Below the pieces are notes generated by a model. It was not told the DNA's origin, searched no databases, and worked only from the letters and a program-made list of their open reading frames with translations. Both the position numbers and the translations under genes were made by a program. A DNA stretch of 64,000 nucleotides from Candidatus Eiseniibacteriota bacterium (GTDB lineage Bacteria; Eisenbacteria; RBG-16-71-46): contig JBGAML010000004.1 in NCBI GenBank assembly GCA_044223005.1, forward strand, positions 64,001-128,000, given 5' to 3'. The number at the start of each line of letters is the position of its first letter. The stretch's first letter is position 1. Shown piece after piece: positions 41,459 to 51,061 of the stretch.

Positions 41459-41632
41459 TCAGAGCGACTGGGTCCACGTGTGGACCGTCCGGCCCACGGT
41501 GAGGCTCGCCTTGCGGCACGCCTCGGCGTAGATCGCGGCGTTCGGCCACGAGTGCTTGCCGCACTCGCACACGAGCTTGCCGCTGGGCTGCTCGACCACC
41601 TTGCAGGGCTTGTCCTTGCAGAACGGGCACAT
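41459..41632 (-). CDS. 57-aa Cys-rich (Zn-finger-like) protein
   Basis: AAGGAGG RBS; MCPFCKDKPCKVVEQPSGKLVCECGKHSWPN...; GC3-rich codons. Confidence 0.75.
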   Translation of the reverse strand: MCPFCKDKPCKVVEQPSGKLVCECGKHSWPNAAIYAEACRKASLTVGRTVHTWTQSL

Positions 41633-41663
41633 CGGGATGTCCTCCTTGCGGAACGGAGGGAGT

Positions 41664-43001
41664 CTAGACGACTCCGGCGGTTCCCGCATCCACGGCCGCG
41701 CGCACTTCGTCCGTGACCGCGTTGGCGCGGGCGAGCCGCGCCAGCACCTCGGCGCTCCGCCGCCGCACGCGCGGCGCGCCGGGAGCGCGCGGATCGACGG
41801 CGTAGAGCCCGAAGCGGCCGTGCCAGCCTTCGGACCACTCGAAGTTGTCGAGCAGCGACCAGTGCAGGTAGCCGCGCACGTCGACGCCCTGCGCGATCGC
41901 CGCGTGCATCGCCTCGGCGAACGCGACGATCGCCCGCGGCCGGAACGCGTCGTGTGCGTCGGCGACGCCGTTCTCGGTGACCAGCACCGGCTTGCCGAAC
42001 CGGCCCGCCGCGAGCAGCGCGCGCCGGAAGCCGTCGGGCCAGACCTCCCAGCCGAGGTCGTTGAGCGGCGCGCCGGGCGTGGCCACGTGCGGCACCGGGG
42101 CGAGCGCGCGCACGCGCCAGCGCGTGTAGTAGTTGAGGCCGTAGAAATCCATCGCGCCGGCGAGCTCCGGCACGGTGCGCCGGACGCTCCGCGCGCCGGG
42201 GATCGCGAGGTCGATGACGCCGTCGCTCGCGGCTCGCTCGATCGCCTCGACGAACACGCGGCGCTCGAAGTGGGCGACCAGGCGATCGAGCGGGTGCCAC
42301 GGCCGCAGCGCCTCGAGCTGCACGTAGTGCTTGGCGAACCCGACGCGCGCGGCGACGCCGTCACCGTCGGCGTCGCGGCGGTCGGTCTCGTGCAGCGCGC
42401 GATAGGCGCGGCCGTGGGCCTCGAGCTGGTTCGCGATCACGGCGAGCGCGCGCGAGTTGTCGCGCACCGCGGGCGGCCAGATGCCCTCGGACCAGCCGCG
42501 GAACGCGAACACCTCGGGCTCGTTGACCGTGCACCACCAGTCGACCTCGCCGCCGAACTCGCGGCCGCAGAAGCGCGCGAACTCGACGAACCGTTCCACG
42601 GTGGCGGGCGACTCCCAGCCGCCGGCGTCGGCGACCCAGAGCGGATTGGTGAAGTGGTGCAGCGTCACCACCGGCTCGAGGGCGTGCCGGCGCAGCGACG
42701 CGAGCACGGCGTGGTAGTGCGCGACCGCCGCGGCGTCGATGCGGCCGCGCGCGGGCTCGATCCGGCTCCATTCGAGCGAGAGCCGGTGCGCGCGGTGGCC
42801 GTCCGCGGCAGCGAGCGCGAAGTCCTCGTCGAAGCGCTCCCAGTGCCGGCAGGCGTCGCCGCTGCCGAGCCCGTCGCGGATCACACCGGGCTGCTGCTCG
42901 AACCGCCACCAGTCGTTGGCGCGGTTGCCGCCCTCGACCTGGTGGGCGGACGTGGCCGCTCCCCAGAGGAAGCCGTCCGGAAACCGCAGCGGTGCGCTCA
43001 T
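41664..43001 (-). CDS. Glycoside hydrolase family 1 (beta-glucosidase)
   Basis: FPDGFLWGAATSAHQVEG, RLSLEWSRIEP, TVNEP, VTENG, WSLLDNFEW. Confidence 0.95.
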   Translation of the reverse strand: MSAPLRFPDGFLWGAATSAHQVEGGNRANDWWRFEQQPGVIRDGLGSGDACRHWERFDEDFALAAADGHRAHRLSLEWSRIEPARGRIDAAAVAHYHAVLASLRRHALEPVVTLHHFTNPLWVADAGGWESPATVERFVEFARFCGREFGGEVDWWCTVNEPEVFAFRGWSEGIWPPAVRDNSRALAVIANQLEAHGRAYRALHETDRRDADGDGVAARVGFAKHYVQLEALRPWHPLDRLVAHFERRVFVEAIERAASDGVIDLAIPGARSVRRTVPELAGAMDFYGLNYYTRWRVRALAPVPHVATPGAPLNDLGWEVWPDGFRRALLAAGRFGKPVLVTENGVADAHDAFRPRAIVAFAEAMHAAIAQGVDVRGYLHWSLLDNFEWSEGWHGRFGLYAVDPRAPGAPRVRRRSAEVLARLARANAVTDEVRAAVDAGTAGVV

Positions 43002-43100
43002 GGGATCCACGCTAGCGCGGGGGCGCGCCCGGCCACAACCGCGGCACCTGACCGCGCGCTGACGACCTGCGCATGCGCAGCGTGGTAGCGTCCCGGTCCC

Positions 43101-44390
43101 ATGACCGTGGATGCCCCCCGTACGAGCGCCGCGTCCAGTTTCCGCGCGCTCCGCCACCGCAACTTCCGCCTCTACTGGGTCGGCCAGCTCGTCTCGCTGA
43201 TCGGCACCTGGATGCAGAGCGTGGCGCAGGGCTGGCTCATGCACCGGCTCACGGACTCGGCCGCGATGCTCGGCTGGCTCGGCTTCGCGCAGTTCTTCCC
43301 GGTGCTGCTGCTCGCGCTGTGGGCGGGCGTGATCGCCGACCACGTCGACAAGCGCAAGCTGCTCATGGCGACGCAGTCGCTGCTGCTGCTGCAGTCGGCG
43401 GTGCTCGCGGCGCTCGTCACGTTCGGGGCGGTGAAGCCGTGGATGGTGCTCGCGCTCGCGTTCTTCTACGGCATCGCCAACACGTTCGACATGCCGGCGC
43501 GACAGTCGTTCGTGATCGAGATGACCGGGCGCGAGGACCTCGCGAACGGGATCGCGCTCAACTCCGCGGCGTTCAACGCGGCCCGCGTCGTCGGTCCCGC
43601 GATCGGCGGCCTGCTGCTCGGCAGCATCGGCGAGTCCGCGTGCTTCTGGCTCAACGCCGTCTCGTTCCTCGCCGTGCTCGGCGGCCTCGCGATGATGCGC
43701 CTCGACGTGCGGCCCCCCGAGGCGCTCTCCGCGCGCGCCCTGCGCGCGACGCTGGCCGACGGCGTGCGCTACGCGTGGCGCACCGGGCCGATTCGCAACC
43801 TGCTGATCCTGCTCGCCATCTGCGCCGGACTCGGCTTCCAGTTCAACGTGCTGCTGCCGGTCTACACGCGCGACGTGCTGCACGCCGGACCGCGCACGTA
43901 CGGCACGCTGCTCGCCGCCTTCGGCGTGGGCTCGCTCGTCGCGGCGGCGCGGATGACGCGGGTCCTCGACCGCTGGGCGCTGCGGAACCAGCTGCTGCTC
44001 GGGCTCGCGGTGGGCGGCCTCGGCATGGCGGGGTTCGCGTGGATCCACTGGCTGCCCGGCATGATCGCCGCCGGCGCGCTCGCGGGTTTCGGGCTCATCC
44101 TCTACATCTCGAGCACGAACACGCTGATCCAGATGACCACCGAGGACCGCTACCGCGGTCGCGTGATGAGCCTGTACACGCTCATGTTCGTGGGCACGGC
44201 ACCGTTCGGGTCGCTGCTCGCGGGCGGCCTCGCGCAGGCGTTCGGTGCGCCCGTGGCGACGAGCGCGTGCGCGGTGCTGCTGCTCGGCGGGGCGCTCTGG
44301 ATGGCGCGCCGCCTGCGCGAGATCGCGGCGCGCGAGAGCGCCCGCGCCGCGGCGCCGCCGGTCGAGCAGGAGGCCGAGCCGACCGCGTGA
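43101..44390 (+). CDS. MFS transporter (MFS_3/DUF894-like)
   Basis: FRALRHRNFRLYW, SLIGTWMQ, DMPARQS, RGRVMS; about 12 TM segments. Confidence 0.9.
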   Translation: MTVDAPRTSAASSFRALRHRNFRLYWVGQLVSLIGTWMQSVAQGWLMHRLTDSAAMLGWLGFAQFFPVLLLALWAGVIADHVDKRKLLMATQSLLLLQSAVLAALVTFGAVKPWMVLALAFFYGIANTFDMPARQSFVIEMTGREDLANGIALNSAAFNAARVVGPAIGGLLLGSIGESACFWLNAVSFLAVLGGLAMMRLDVRPPEALSARALRATLADGVRYAWRTGPIRNLLILLAICAGLGFQFNVLLPVYTRDVLHAGPRTYGTLLAAFGVGSLVAAARMTRVLDRWALRNQLLLGLAVGGLGMAGFAWIHWLPGMIAAGALAGFGLILYISSTNTLIQMTTEDRYRGRVMSLYTLMFVGTAPFGSLLAGGLAQAFGAPVATSACAVLLLGGALWMARRLREIAARESARAAAPPVEQEAEPTA

Positions 44391-44397
44391 GCGGGCG

Positions 44398-45417
44398 CTA
44401 CGGCTGCGCGAGCATGCGCCGCACGCCGGCGCGGTCGTGCGCCACCAGCAGCGAGCGCGCTGCGATGCCCCAGAGCGCGCCGCGCGTGAGCTTCGCGCGC
44501 CGCTCCGCCGCCGGCCAGCCGGGATCGCGCTCGACCAGCCGCAGCGACGCGCGCGCCCAGAGCGCGGGCCACAGGCAGAAGAGCCGGTAGCGCACGTGCC
44601 GCGCGGGCACGGTATCCATGTAGTCCGCCACCTGGTCGAGCGCCGCGTGTGCGCGCACCGCGAGCTGCCCGGCGACCTCGCGCACGCGCGGGTCGGTGCC
44701 GCCGGCGAGGTCGTGCACCGCGAGCCCGCGCGCGGCGAGCCACGCGGCCGGCACGTAGCAGCGCCCGCGGCGCACGTCGCCCGAGAGGTCGAGCGCGATG
44801 TTCGTGAGCTGCAGCGCCTCGCCGACCACCGGCGCGAGCGCGCGGCGCCGCTCGCGCGCCGGGTCCGCCGCGGGCTCCATGCGGCGCTCGAACAGCGCGG
44901 TCAGCATCGCGCCGACGCAGCCGGCCACCACCCAGCAGTAGTCCGCGAGCTCGGCGTCGGTGTCGAGGTAGCAGGCGTCGGTGGGACGGTCCGCCGCACG
45001 CGAGGCGTAGCGCTGCATGCCCGAGGCCAGGATGCGAACGCCTTCTCGCACGATCGCGCGCTCGGTCTCGGGCCGCTCGTCCAGGGCCGCCAGCAGCAGC
45101 GGCAGGTGGGCGAGGAGCTCCAGGTCGTCACGGCCCGCGGCCCGCTCCGCGGCCCCCGCGGCGAGCGCCCGGGCGGCCTCCGAGGAGCCGCCCAGCGCCT
45201 CAAGAAACCCCGAAAAACGGCCGAAAACCTCGGTGGCGGTGCCGGGCCACGAGTCCTCCAGCGCGTCGGCGGCACGGCAGAGGAGATACGCGACGCGCAC
45301 GGCGTCGCGCATCCGGCCGTCGAGCAGTTCGATGTTGATCGCGAAGGTGCGGGACACCCGCGGCAGGATGCGCCTGCAGTATGCGCGCGGGGCTTCGCGC
45401 CGGTCGTTCATGGTCAT
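44398..45417 (-). CDS. Squalene/phytoene synthase family protein
   Basis: LPRVSRTFA, AYLLCRAADALED, YCWVVAGCVG, ALQLTNIALD, GRCYVP. Confidence 0.9.
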   Translation of the reverse strand: MTMNDRREAPRAYCRRILPRVSRTFAINIELLDGRMRDAVRVAYLLCRAADALEDSWPGTATEVFGRFSGFLEALGGSSEAARALAAGAAERAAGRDDLELLAHLPLLLAALDERPETERAIVREGVRILASGMQRYASRAADRPTDACYLDTDAELADYCWVVAGCVGAMLTALFERRMEPAADPARERRRALAPVVGEALQLTNIALDLSGDVRRGRCYVPAAWLAARGLAVHDLAGGTDPRVREVAGQLAVRAHAALDQVADYMDTVPARHVRYRLFCLWPALWARASLRLVERDPGWPAAERRAKLTRGALWGIAARSLLVAHDRAGVRRMLAQP

Positions 45418-45534
45418 TTCGGCCGGGGGTCCTCTTCGGGTCCTGTCGCCACGGGTCCGGCCGACTATACTCCCGCCGCGGGCGTTCCGGTCCCCACGGA
45501 TCGCGCCCTCGAACGAGAGGAGACGCTGCAGCCG

Positions 45535-47382
45535 ATGTCCATCCGTCGACTCGCCGTGGGGATCGTGATGCTGCTGGCGGGGCTTCTCGCCGGGAGCCGC
45601 GCCGACGCGCGCCCCGCGGGCGCCGCGGGCGGCTATCCCCGGCTCGGCCTCTACGGCTCGATCCACGGCAACGGCTCGCCCTACTGGGCCGCGCCGGCGG
45701 ACACGACGATGGACGCGGCGCTGCTGGACCAGATCGCGCGCTACGACTTCGTGATCATCGACGTGAACCCGATCACGCCGTACCGCCCGGCGTTCCTCGA
45801 CGAACTCCGCCACCGCAATCCCGACATCCGGGTCGTCGCCTACATCACCGCCGGTTACTCGTGGCCCGTCGAGGACCCCGATTCCGCGAACCACGTCCCG
45901 ACGCGCTACCGGCACCTGGTCCGCAACCTCGGCGGGTTCCTCTACAACTCGGTCGACGGTTCCGAATTCCCGGGCACCAACATCAACCTCGCCAAGCGCG
46001 ACGCCAACGGCCGGTTCGTGGTCGCCGAGGGCATCGCCGACCTGTTCGCGAGCGCGATCCTCGGCGGCGGCCCGTGGGACGGCATGTTTCTCGACGTCTT
46101 CTGCAGCGACCTCGCGTGGATGCAGGACGCGACGCACCGGATCGACTACGTGCGCGCCGGGTATCCGTCGCTCGCCGCGCTCGAGACCGCCTGGGCGGCC
46201 GCGACCGACACGCTCGCGCGGCGGCTGCGGCGCGAGGCACCGCCGGGCGCGATCCTCGTCGGCAACTGCGGCACGAGCAACCACCACGACGTGCTGAACG
46301 GCTGGATGCGCGAGAACTTCCCGTACCAGAGCGGCGGCACGTGGTACACGAACGTGATCGCGGACCCGCACGGCTACCTCGCGGACGATCGCGACTACCA
46401 GGCGACTTCGCACAACCAGCTCTTCAGCATCGTCGTCGGCGGCGCGAGCCAGCCGTACTCGGCGACCAACACCCACCGCGTGCGCTACGGACTCGCGTCC
46501 GCGGCGCTGGGGAGCGGCTACGCGCCGTTCGGGCCGTCGGACCGCAATTCGGAGACGGCGCCGTACCACACGTGGTGGTACGACGAGTACGCGGTGGACC
46601 TCGTCACGGGCCACACCGCGACCGATCTCGCGCATACGCACTGGCTGGGAATGCCGCGCACCGGGCCGTTCCAGATGATCTGGGCCGGCACGAACACCGA
46701 CGCGGTCACGAACCCGGAGTTCGAGACCAGCCTCGCGGGCTGGAACTTCGGCGTCTTCGCGCCCGCGACGGCGACGCTCACGCGCGACGCCTCGACGGCC
46801 GCGAGCGGCGCCACGAGCGCGCACGTCGCGATCGCGACCCCGGGCGTGAACCCGTGGGACGTGAATCTCGCCACCACACAGACGCTGGCGATGTCGGCGG
46901 GAGGGACCTACGCCGCGACCTTCTGGGTCAAGGCCTCGGCGCCGCGCACGATCACGGTGACGGCGACGCTGCTCGCGGGCGGCGAGCTCGCGAGCCGGCC
47001 CCTCGCGGTCGACACCGCGTGGCAGCACGTGCAGGTCATCCTGCAGCCGGCCTCGTCCGCGAACGCGGTGCTCGAGTTCTTCATGGGGCAGCAGGCGGGC
47101 GACGTGTGGTTCGACGACGTCCACTTCCAACAGGGCTCGACCAGCATCTGGCGCCGCGACTTCGACAACGGCATCGTGCTGGTCAATCCCTCGAGCTCGG
47201 CGCTTTCCGTTCCGTTGGGCGGGACGTTCCGCCGCATCCTGGGCACCGCCGACCCGGCCGTGAACGATGGCACCACGCTCACGACCGCCACCGTTCCCGC
47301 CGGGGACGGGCTGTTCCTGATCCGCACCACCAGCGATTCGATCCCCCCCGCGAACATCCAGGACGCCCGCGTCCTGCCCTAG
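45535..47382 (+). CDS. Secreted putative glycoside hydrolase (GHL15-like barrel) with a CBM4/9-like domain
   Basis: Signal peptide; WDGMFLD, GWMREN, WWYDEY; NPEFE...W CBM-type module; WRRDFDNGIVLVNP. Confidence 0.7.
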   Translation: MSIRRLAVGIVMLLAGLLAGSRADARPAGAAGGYPRLGLYGSIHGNGSPYWAAPADTTMDAALLDQIARYDFVIIDVNPITPYRPAFLDELRHRNPDIRVVAYITAGYSWPVEDPDSANHVPTRYRHLVRNLGGFLYNSVDGSEFPGTNINLAKRDANGRFVVAEGIADLFASAILGGGPWDGMFLDVFCSDLAWMQDATHRIDYVRAGYPSLAALETAWAAATDTLARRLRREAPPGAILVGNCGTSNHHDVLNGWMRENFPYQSGGTWYTNVIADPHGYLADDRDYQATSHNQLFSIVVGGASQPYSATNTHRVRYGLASAALGSGYAPFGPSDRNSETAPYHTWWYDEYAVDLVTGHTATDLAHTHWLGMPRTGPFQMIWAGTNTDAVTNPEFETSLAGWNFGVFAPATATLTRDASTAASGATSAHVAIATPGVNPWDVNLATTQTLAMSAGGTYAATFWVKASAPRTITVTATLLAGGELASRPLAVDTAWQHVQVILQPASSANAVLEFFMGQQAGDVWFDDVHFQQGSTSIWRRDFDNGIVLVNPSSSALSVPLGGTFRRILGTADPAVNDGTTLTTATVPAGDGLFLIRTTSDSIPPANIQDARVLP

Positions 47383-47635
47383 CGCTCCCGCCCGAATCGG
47401 TACCGCGCCCGCCGCATCGAACGGCGAACGAGCCGTGTTGGGCGGCCGGGGTGCATGGGTCCGGTTGACACCCTGAAAAAGGTGTTGGGACACACGTACC
47501 GTTTCGAACGCCCCCTCGCGTGTGCTACCGTTCCCCGTCCGTCCGCCGGACGGATGCTCCCATCGGCTCGCGCCCCGGGTTCCGGGACCTCCCGCCGCGC
47601 GCGCGGCCGCTCGATTCCCGTCGAGGATGCCCCGC

Positions 47636-48562
47636 ATGGTGTCTTCCCGCGCGTTCCAGCTCGCCGCGCGACTCGCCACCAGCACTGCAGCGCTCATGTT
47701 CGGCCTCATCGTCGTCGGATCGGTCGTGCGAACGACCGGATCCGGCCTCGCGTGCCCGGACTGGCCGCTCTGTCATGGCCGGCTGATCCCGCCGTTCCAG
47801 TTCAACATTTTCATGGAGTGGCTCCACCGCCTGATCGCCCTGTGCGTCGGGCTGCTCCTGTTCGCGACGGCCGGGACCATCGCGAGCCGCCGCGAGACGC
47901 GCGAGCGCCTCGGCGGGCTGGCCGTGCTGGCCGTGGTGCTCTACTTCACACAGGCCCTGCTCGGCGCCCTCACCGTCTGGAAGCTGCTCGACCCCTCGGT
48001 CGTGAGCGGCCACCTCGCGGTCGGCCTGCTGCTCTTCACGACGCTGCTGCTGACCGCCCTGGTCGCGCGGCGTGAGACCGCGCCCGCACCGGCCGGCCGC
48101 CGGCCGCCGGGACTGCTGCCGCTGGTCGCGACCGCGACGTTCCTGGCCTACGGGCAGGCGGTGCTCGGCGGCATGGTGAGCACGAACCACGCGGGGCTCG
48201 CGTGCCCCGACTGGCCGACCTGCAACGGCGAGTGGTTCCCGGCGATGTCGGGCCTCGTCGGGCTGCAGATGGCCCACCGCTTCGGCGGCTACGCGCTCAC
48301 GCTGGCGCTGTTCGTGGTCGCGAGCCTGTCCGGCCGCGCGCCCGATCCGGCCGCGGCGCTGCTGCCGCGTGTCGCGGCAGCGCTGGTCGTGCTGCAGGTC
48401 GCCCTCGGCGTGATCAACGTGGCGCTCGGGCTGCCCGTCTGGGTGTCCGCGCTCCACCTCGGCAACGCCACCGCGATCCTCGCCTGCATGGTGATCACGA
48501 CGTTCCGCCTGGCGGCGCTGCCCGCCACGCAGGCCGCGTGGTCCGGAGCGGAGGCCCGATGA
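47636..48562 (+). CDS. ctaA: Heme A synthase
   Basis: GSGLACPDWPLCHG, EWLHR, a second GLACPDWPTC, MAHR, ALH. Confidence 0.92.
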   Translation: MVSSRAFQLAARLATSTAALMFGLIVVGSVVRTTGSGLACPDWPLCHGRLIPPFQFNIFMEWLHRLIALCVGLLLFATAGTIASRRETRERLGGLAVLAVVLYFTQALLGALTVWKLLDPSVVSGHLAVGLLLFTTLLLTALVARRETAPAPAGRRPPGLLPLVATATFLAYGQAVLGGMVSTNHAGLACPDWPTCNGEWFPAMSGLVGLQMAHRFGGYALTLALFVVASLSGRAPDPAAALLPRVAAALVVLQVALGVINVALGLPVWVSALHLGNATAILACMVITTFRLAALPATQAAWSGAEAR

Positions 48563-49461
48563 GCGTCGCGCTCGCCCGCACCAGCACCCGCGCCACGCTC
48601 GGCGCGTGGCTCGAGCTGACCAAGCCGCGCATCGTGCTGCTCGTGCTCTTCACGGGCCTTCCCGCGGTGCTGCTGGCCGCGAACGGCATGCCCTCGGCGC
48701 GCGTCTTCTGGAGCGCCGGCATCGGCATCGCGCTCTCGGCGGCGTCGGCCGCCGCGTTCAATCACTACTTCGACCGCGACCTCGACGCGCTCATGCGGCG
48801 CACGCGGCTTCGGCCGCTGCCCTCGGGCCGGCTGTCGCCGCCTGCCGCGCTGACGCTGGGCTTCGCGCTCGGCTGGATCGCGTGGACCGTGCTCTCGGTC
48901 GGCTGCAATCCGCTCGCGGGCGTGTTGGCGATGGCGAACATCGCCTACTACTCCGTCGTCTACACCGTCTGGCTCAAGCGCCGCACTCCGCTCAACATCG
49001 TGATCGGCGGCGGCGCCGGCGCCTCGGCGCCGCTCATCGCGTGGGCCGCGGTGACCGGCCGCATCGAGCTGCCCGCCGTCCTGCTCGCGGGCATCGTGTT
49101 CCTGTGGACGCCGCCGCACTTCTGGGCGCTCTCGCTCTACCGCCGGGACGACTACCAGCTCGCCGGCATCCCGATGCTCCCCGTGACGCACGGCGAGCCC
49201 GAGACGCGGCGGCAGATCCTGCTCTACTCGCTGGTGCTCGTGCCGGGGACGCTCGTCGTGGCCCCGCTCGCGGGCCTGGGGCTGCTGTACGTGTCGGTGG
49301 CGTCGGTGCTCGGCGCCGTGTTCATCGCTCTCGCCGTGCAGCTCTACCGCCGTGGCGGCACGCCGGACGCCGTGCGGCTGTTCCGTTTCAGCATCCTGTA
49401 CCTGTTCGTTCTCTACCTCGTCATGACCGCGGACGCCGTGATCCGCATGCGCGCGGCGTGA
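48559..49461 (+). CDS. ctaB: Protoheme IX farnesyltransferase (heme O synthase)
   Basis: LTKPRI, NHYFDRDLDALMRRTRLRPLPSG, LKRRT, WTPPHFWAL. Confidence 0.95.
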   Translation: MSVALARTSTRATLGAWLELTKPRIVLLVLFTGLPAVLLAANGMPSARVFWSAGIGIALSAASAAAFNHYFDRDLDALMRRTRLRPLPSGRLSPPAALTLGFALGWIAWTVLSVGCNPLAGVLAMANIAYYSVVYTVWLKRRTPLNIVIGGGAGASAPLIAWAAVTGRIELPAVLLAGIVFLWTPPHFWALSLYRRDDYQLAGIPMLPVTHGEPETRRQILLYSLVLVPGTLVVAPLAGLGLLYVSVASVLGAVFIALAVQLYRRGGTPDAVRLFRFSILYLFVLYLVMTADAVIRMRAA

Positions 49462-49493
49462 AGACCCCACGCGGTTCCCGTCCACGCGGGAAC

Positions 49494-50153
49494 ATGGAGG
49501 GTGCATTGCTCAAGTCCGTCTACGGAGTCCTGCTCGCCGGTGCGGTCGCACTGGGGCTCCTCGCGGGTTGCGGCGGCAAGATGTCGACGGCCGAACGCGG
49601 CGCGATGGTGTTCCGCACCTGCACGCCCTGCCACGGTGACAACGGCGGCGGCAACGAATCGCTGCGCGCACCCGCGATCGCGGGGCTCCCGGAGTGGTAT
49701 GTCGCCCGGCAGCTGACCAACTTCGCGAAGGACGTCCGCGGCGCGAATCCCGACGACATGGAAGGGCACCGCATGCGCCCCATGGCGCGGACGCTCTACC
49801 ACCCCGGCGATCTCGAGGCGGTGGCCGCGTACGTCGCGAAGCTGCCCGCGGTGCCGGCGCCGCCGACCTACGCGTACGGCGACAAGGAGAACGGCCAGCA
49901 GCGTTACAGCACCATCTGCGTCACGTGCCACATGCCGGACGGCAAGGGCAATCCGGCCGTCGGCTCGCCGAAGCTGGTGGGGCAGTGGGACTGGTACCTG
50001 ATGGCACAGCTGCAGAAGTTCCACAGCGGCATGCGCGGCACGCATCCCGACGACACGTTCGGCGCGCAGATGCGCGCGATGTCGCTCACGCTCGAAGACT
50101 CGACGGCCATGCACAACGTCGTCGCGTACATCAAGACCCTTCCCACGAACTGA
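49494..50153 (+). CDS. Di-heme cytochrome c lipoprotein (c4-like)
   Basis: Lipobox LAGC; CTPCH and CVTCH; the start may instead be TTG 49506. Confidence 0.88.
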   Translation: MEGALLKSVYGVLLAGAVALGLLAGCGGKMSTAERGAMVFRTCTPCHGDNGGGNESLRAPAIAGLPEWYVARQLTNFAKDVRGANPDDMEGHRMRPMARTLYHPGDLEAVAAYVAKLPAVPAPPTYAYGDKENGQQRYSTICVTCHMPDGKGNPAVGSPKLVGQWDWYLMAQLQKFHSGMRGTHPDDTFGAQMRAMSLTLEDSTAMHNVVAYIKTLPTN

Positions 50154-50166
50154 CGAGGAGACGCCC

Positions 50167-50289
50167 ATGGCGGATCACAGCGACCGTCCGACCGACGATT
50201 GGGGCAGCGCCGTCGGCAAGTGGACCTTCATCCTGACCGTGGTGCTCGCGGCACTCTACGTGGCGGCCGTGGCCGTCTACGTGCGCTGA
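50167..50289 (+). CDS. 40-aa single-TM protein in the oxidase operon (not in ORF track)
   Basis: GAGGAG RBS; MADHSDRPTDDWGSAVGKWTFILTVVLAALYVAAVAVYVR. Confidence 0.65.
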   Translation: MADHSDRPTDDWGSAVGKWTFILTVVLAALYVAAVAVYVR

Positions 50290-50303
50290 GGGGATCGGAG
50301 CCG

Positions 50304-51050
50304 ATGCTCGAATACTTCAACCATCCCGCCTCCAGCTACGCGAGCAGCATCGACCACCTGAACTGGTTGATCACGGTCCTGGTCGGTTTCTGGTTCATCG
50401 CGGCCGAGGCCATGTTCTTCTGGCTCATCTTCCGCTTCCGTGCGCGTGACGGCGTGCGCAGCCAGTACATCACGGGCAAGGAGAAGCACCTCAAGAACTG
50501 GATCAACGTCCCGCACGGCATCGTGCTCGTGTTCGACGTCGTGATCGTGATCGCGGCGATCCGCGTCTGGTACACGGTCAAGCAGTACCTGCCGCCGGCC
50601 GACCGCACCGTGCAGATCATGTCGCAGCAGTGGGCGTGGACGTTCACGGATCCCGGTCCCGACGGGGTGCTCGGCAACGCCGACGACATCCGCACGACCG
50701 ACGAGCTGCACATGGAGGTCGACAAGACCTACCACTTCACGCTCGAATCGAAGGACGTCGTGCACAGCTTCTTCGTTCCCGCGTTCCGCGTGAAGCAGGA
50801 CGCCATGCCCGGCCGCGCGTACACGGGCTGGGTGAAGCCGACGAAGACCGGGACGTACGACATCGCGTGCACGCAGATCTGCGGCATCGGGCACGGCGTC
50901 ATGGGTGCCAAGCTCGTCGTCGAGACCGCCGAGGAGCACGCCGCCTGGATGCAGCAGCATGCCGCGCAGACCGCCGATGCGGCGCCCGCCGAGACGTCCA
51001 CCGAAAGCGCCACCACCACGCCCGTCGCCGAGACGGCCGCGACGAAATGA
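50304..51050 (+). CDS. coxB: Cytochrome c oxidase subunit II
   Basis: Two TM helices; QQWAWTF, DVVHSF, KQDAMPG; CuA motif CTQICGIGHGVM. Confidence 0.93.
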   Translation: MLEYFNHPASSYASSIDHLNWLITVLVGFWFIAAEAMFFWLIFRFRARDGVRSQYITGKEKHLKNWINVPHGIVLVFDVVIVIAAIRVWYTVKQYLPPADRTVQIMSQQWAWTFTDPGPDGVLGNADDIRTTDELHMEVDKTYHFTLESKDVVHSFFVPAFRVKQDAMPGRAYTGWVKPTKTGTYDIACTQICGIGHGVMGAKLVVETAEEHAAWMQQHAAQTADAAPAETSTESATTTPVAETAATK

Positions 51051-51061
51051 CGGGGAGCGAC

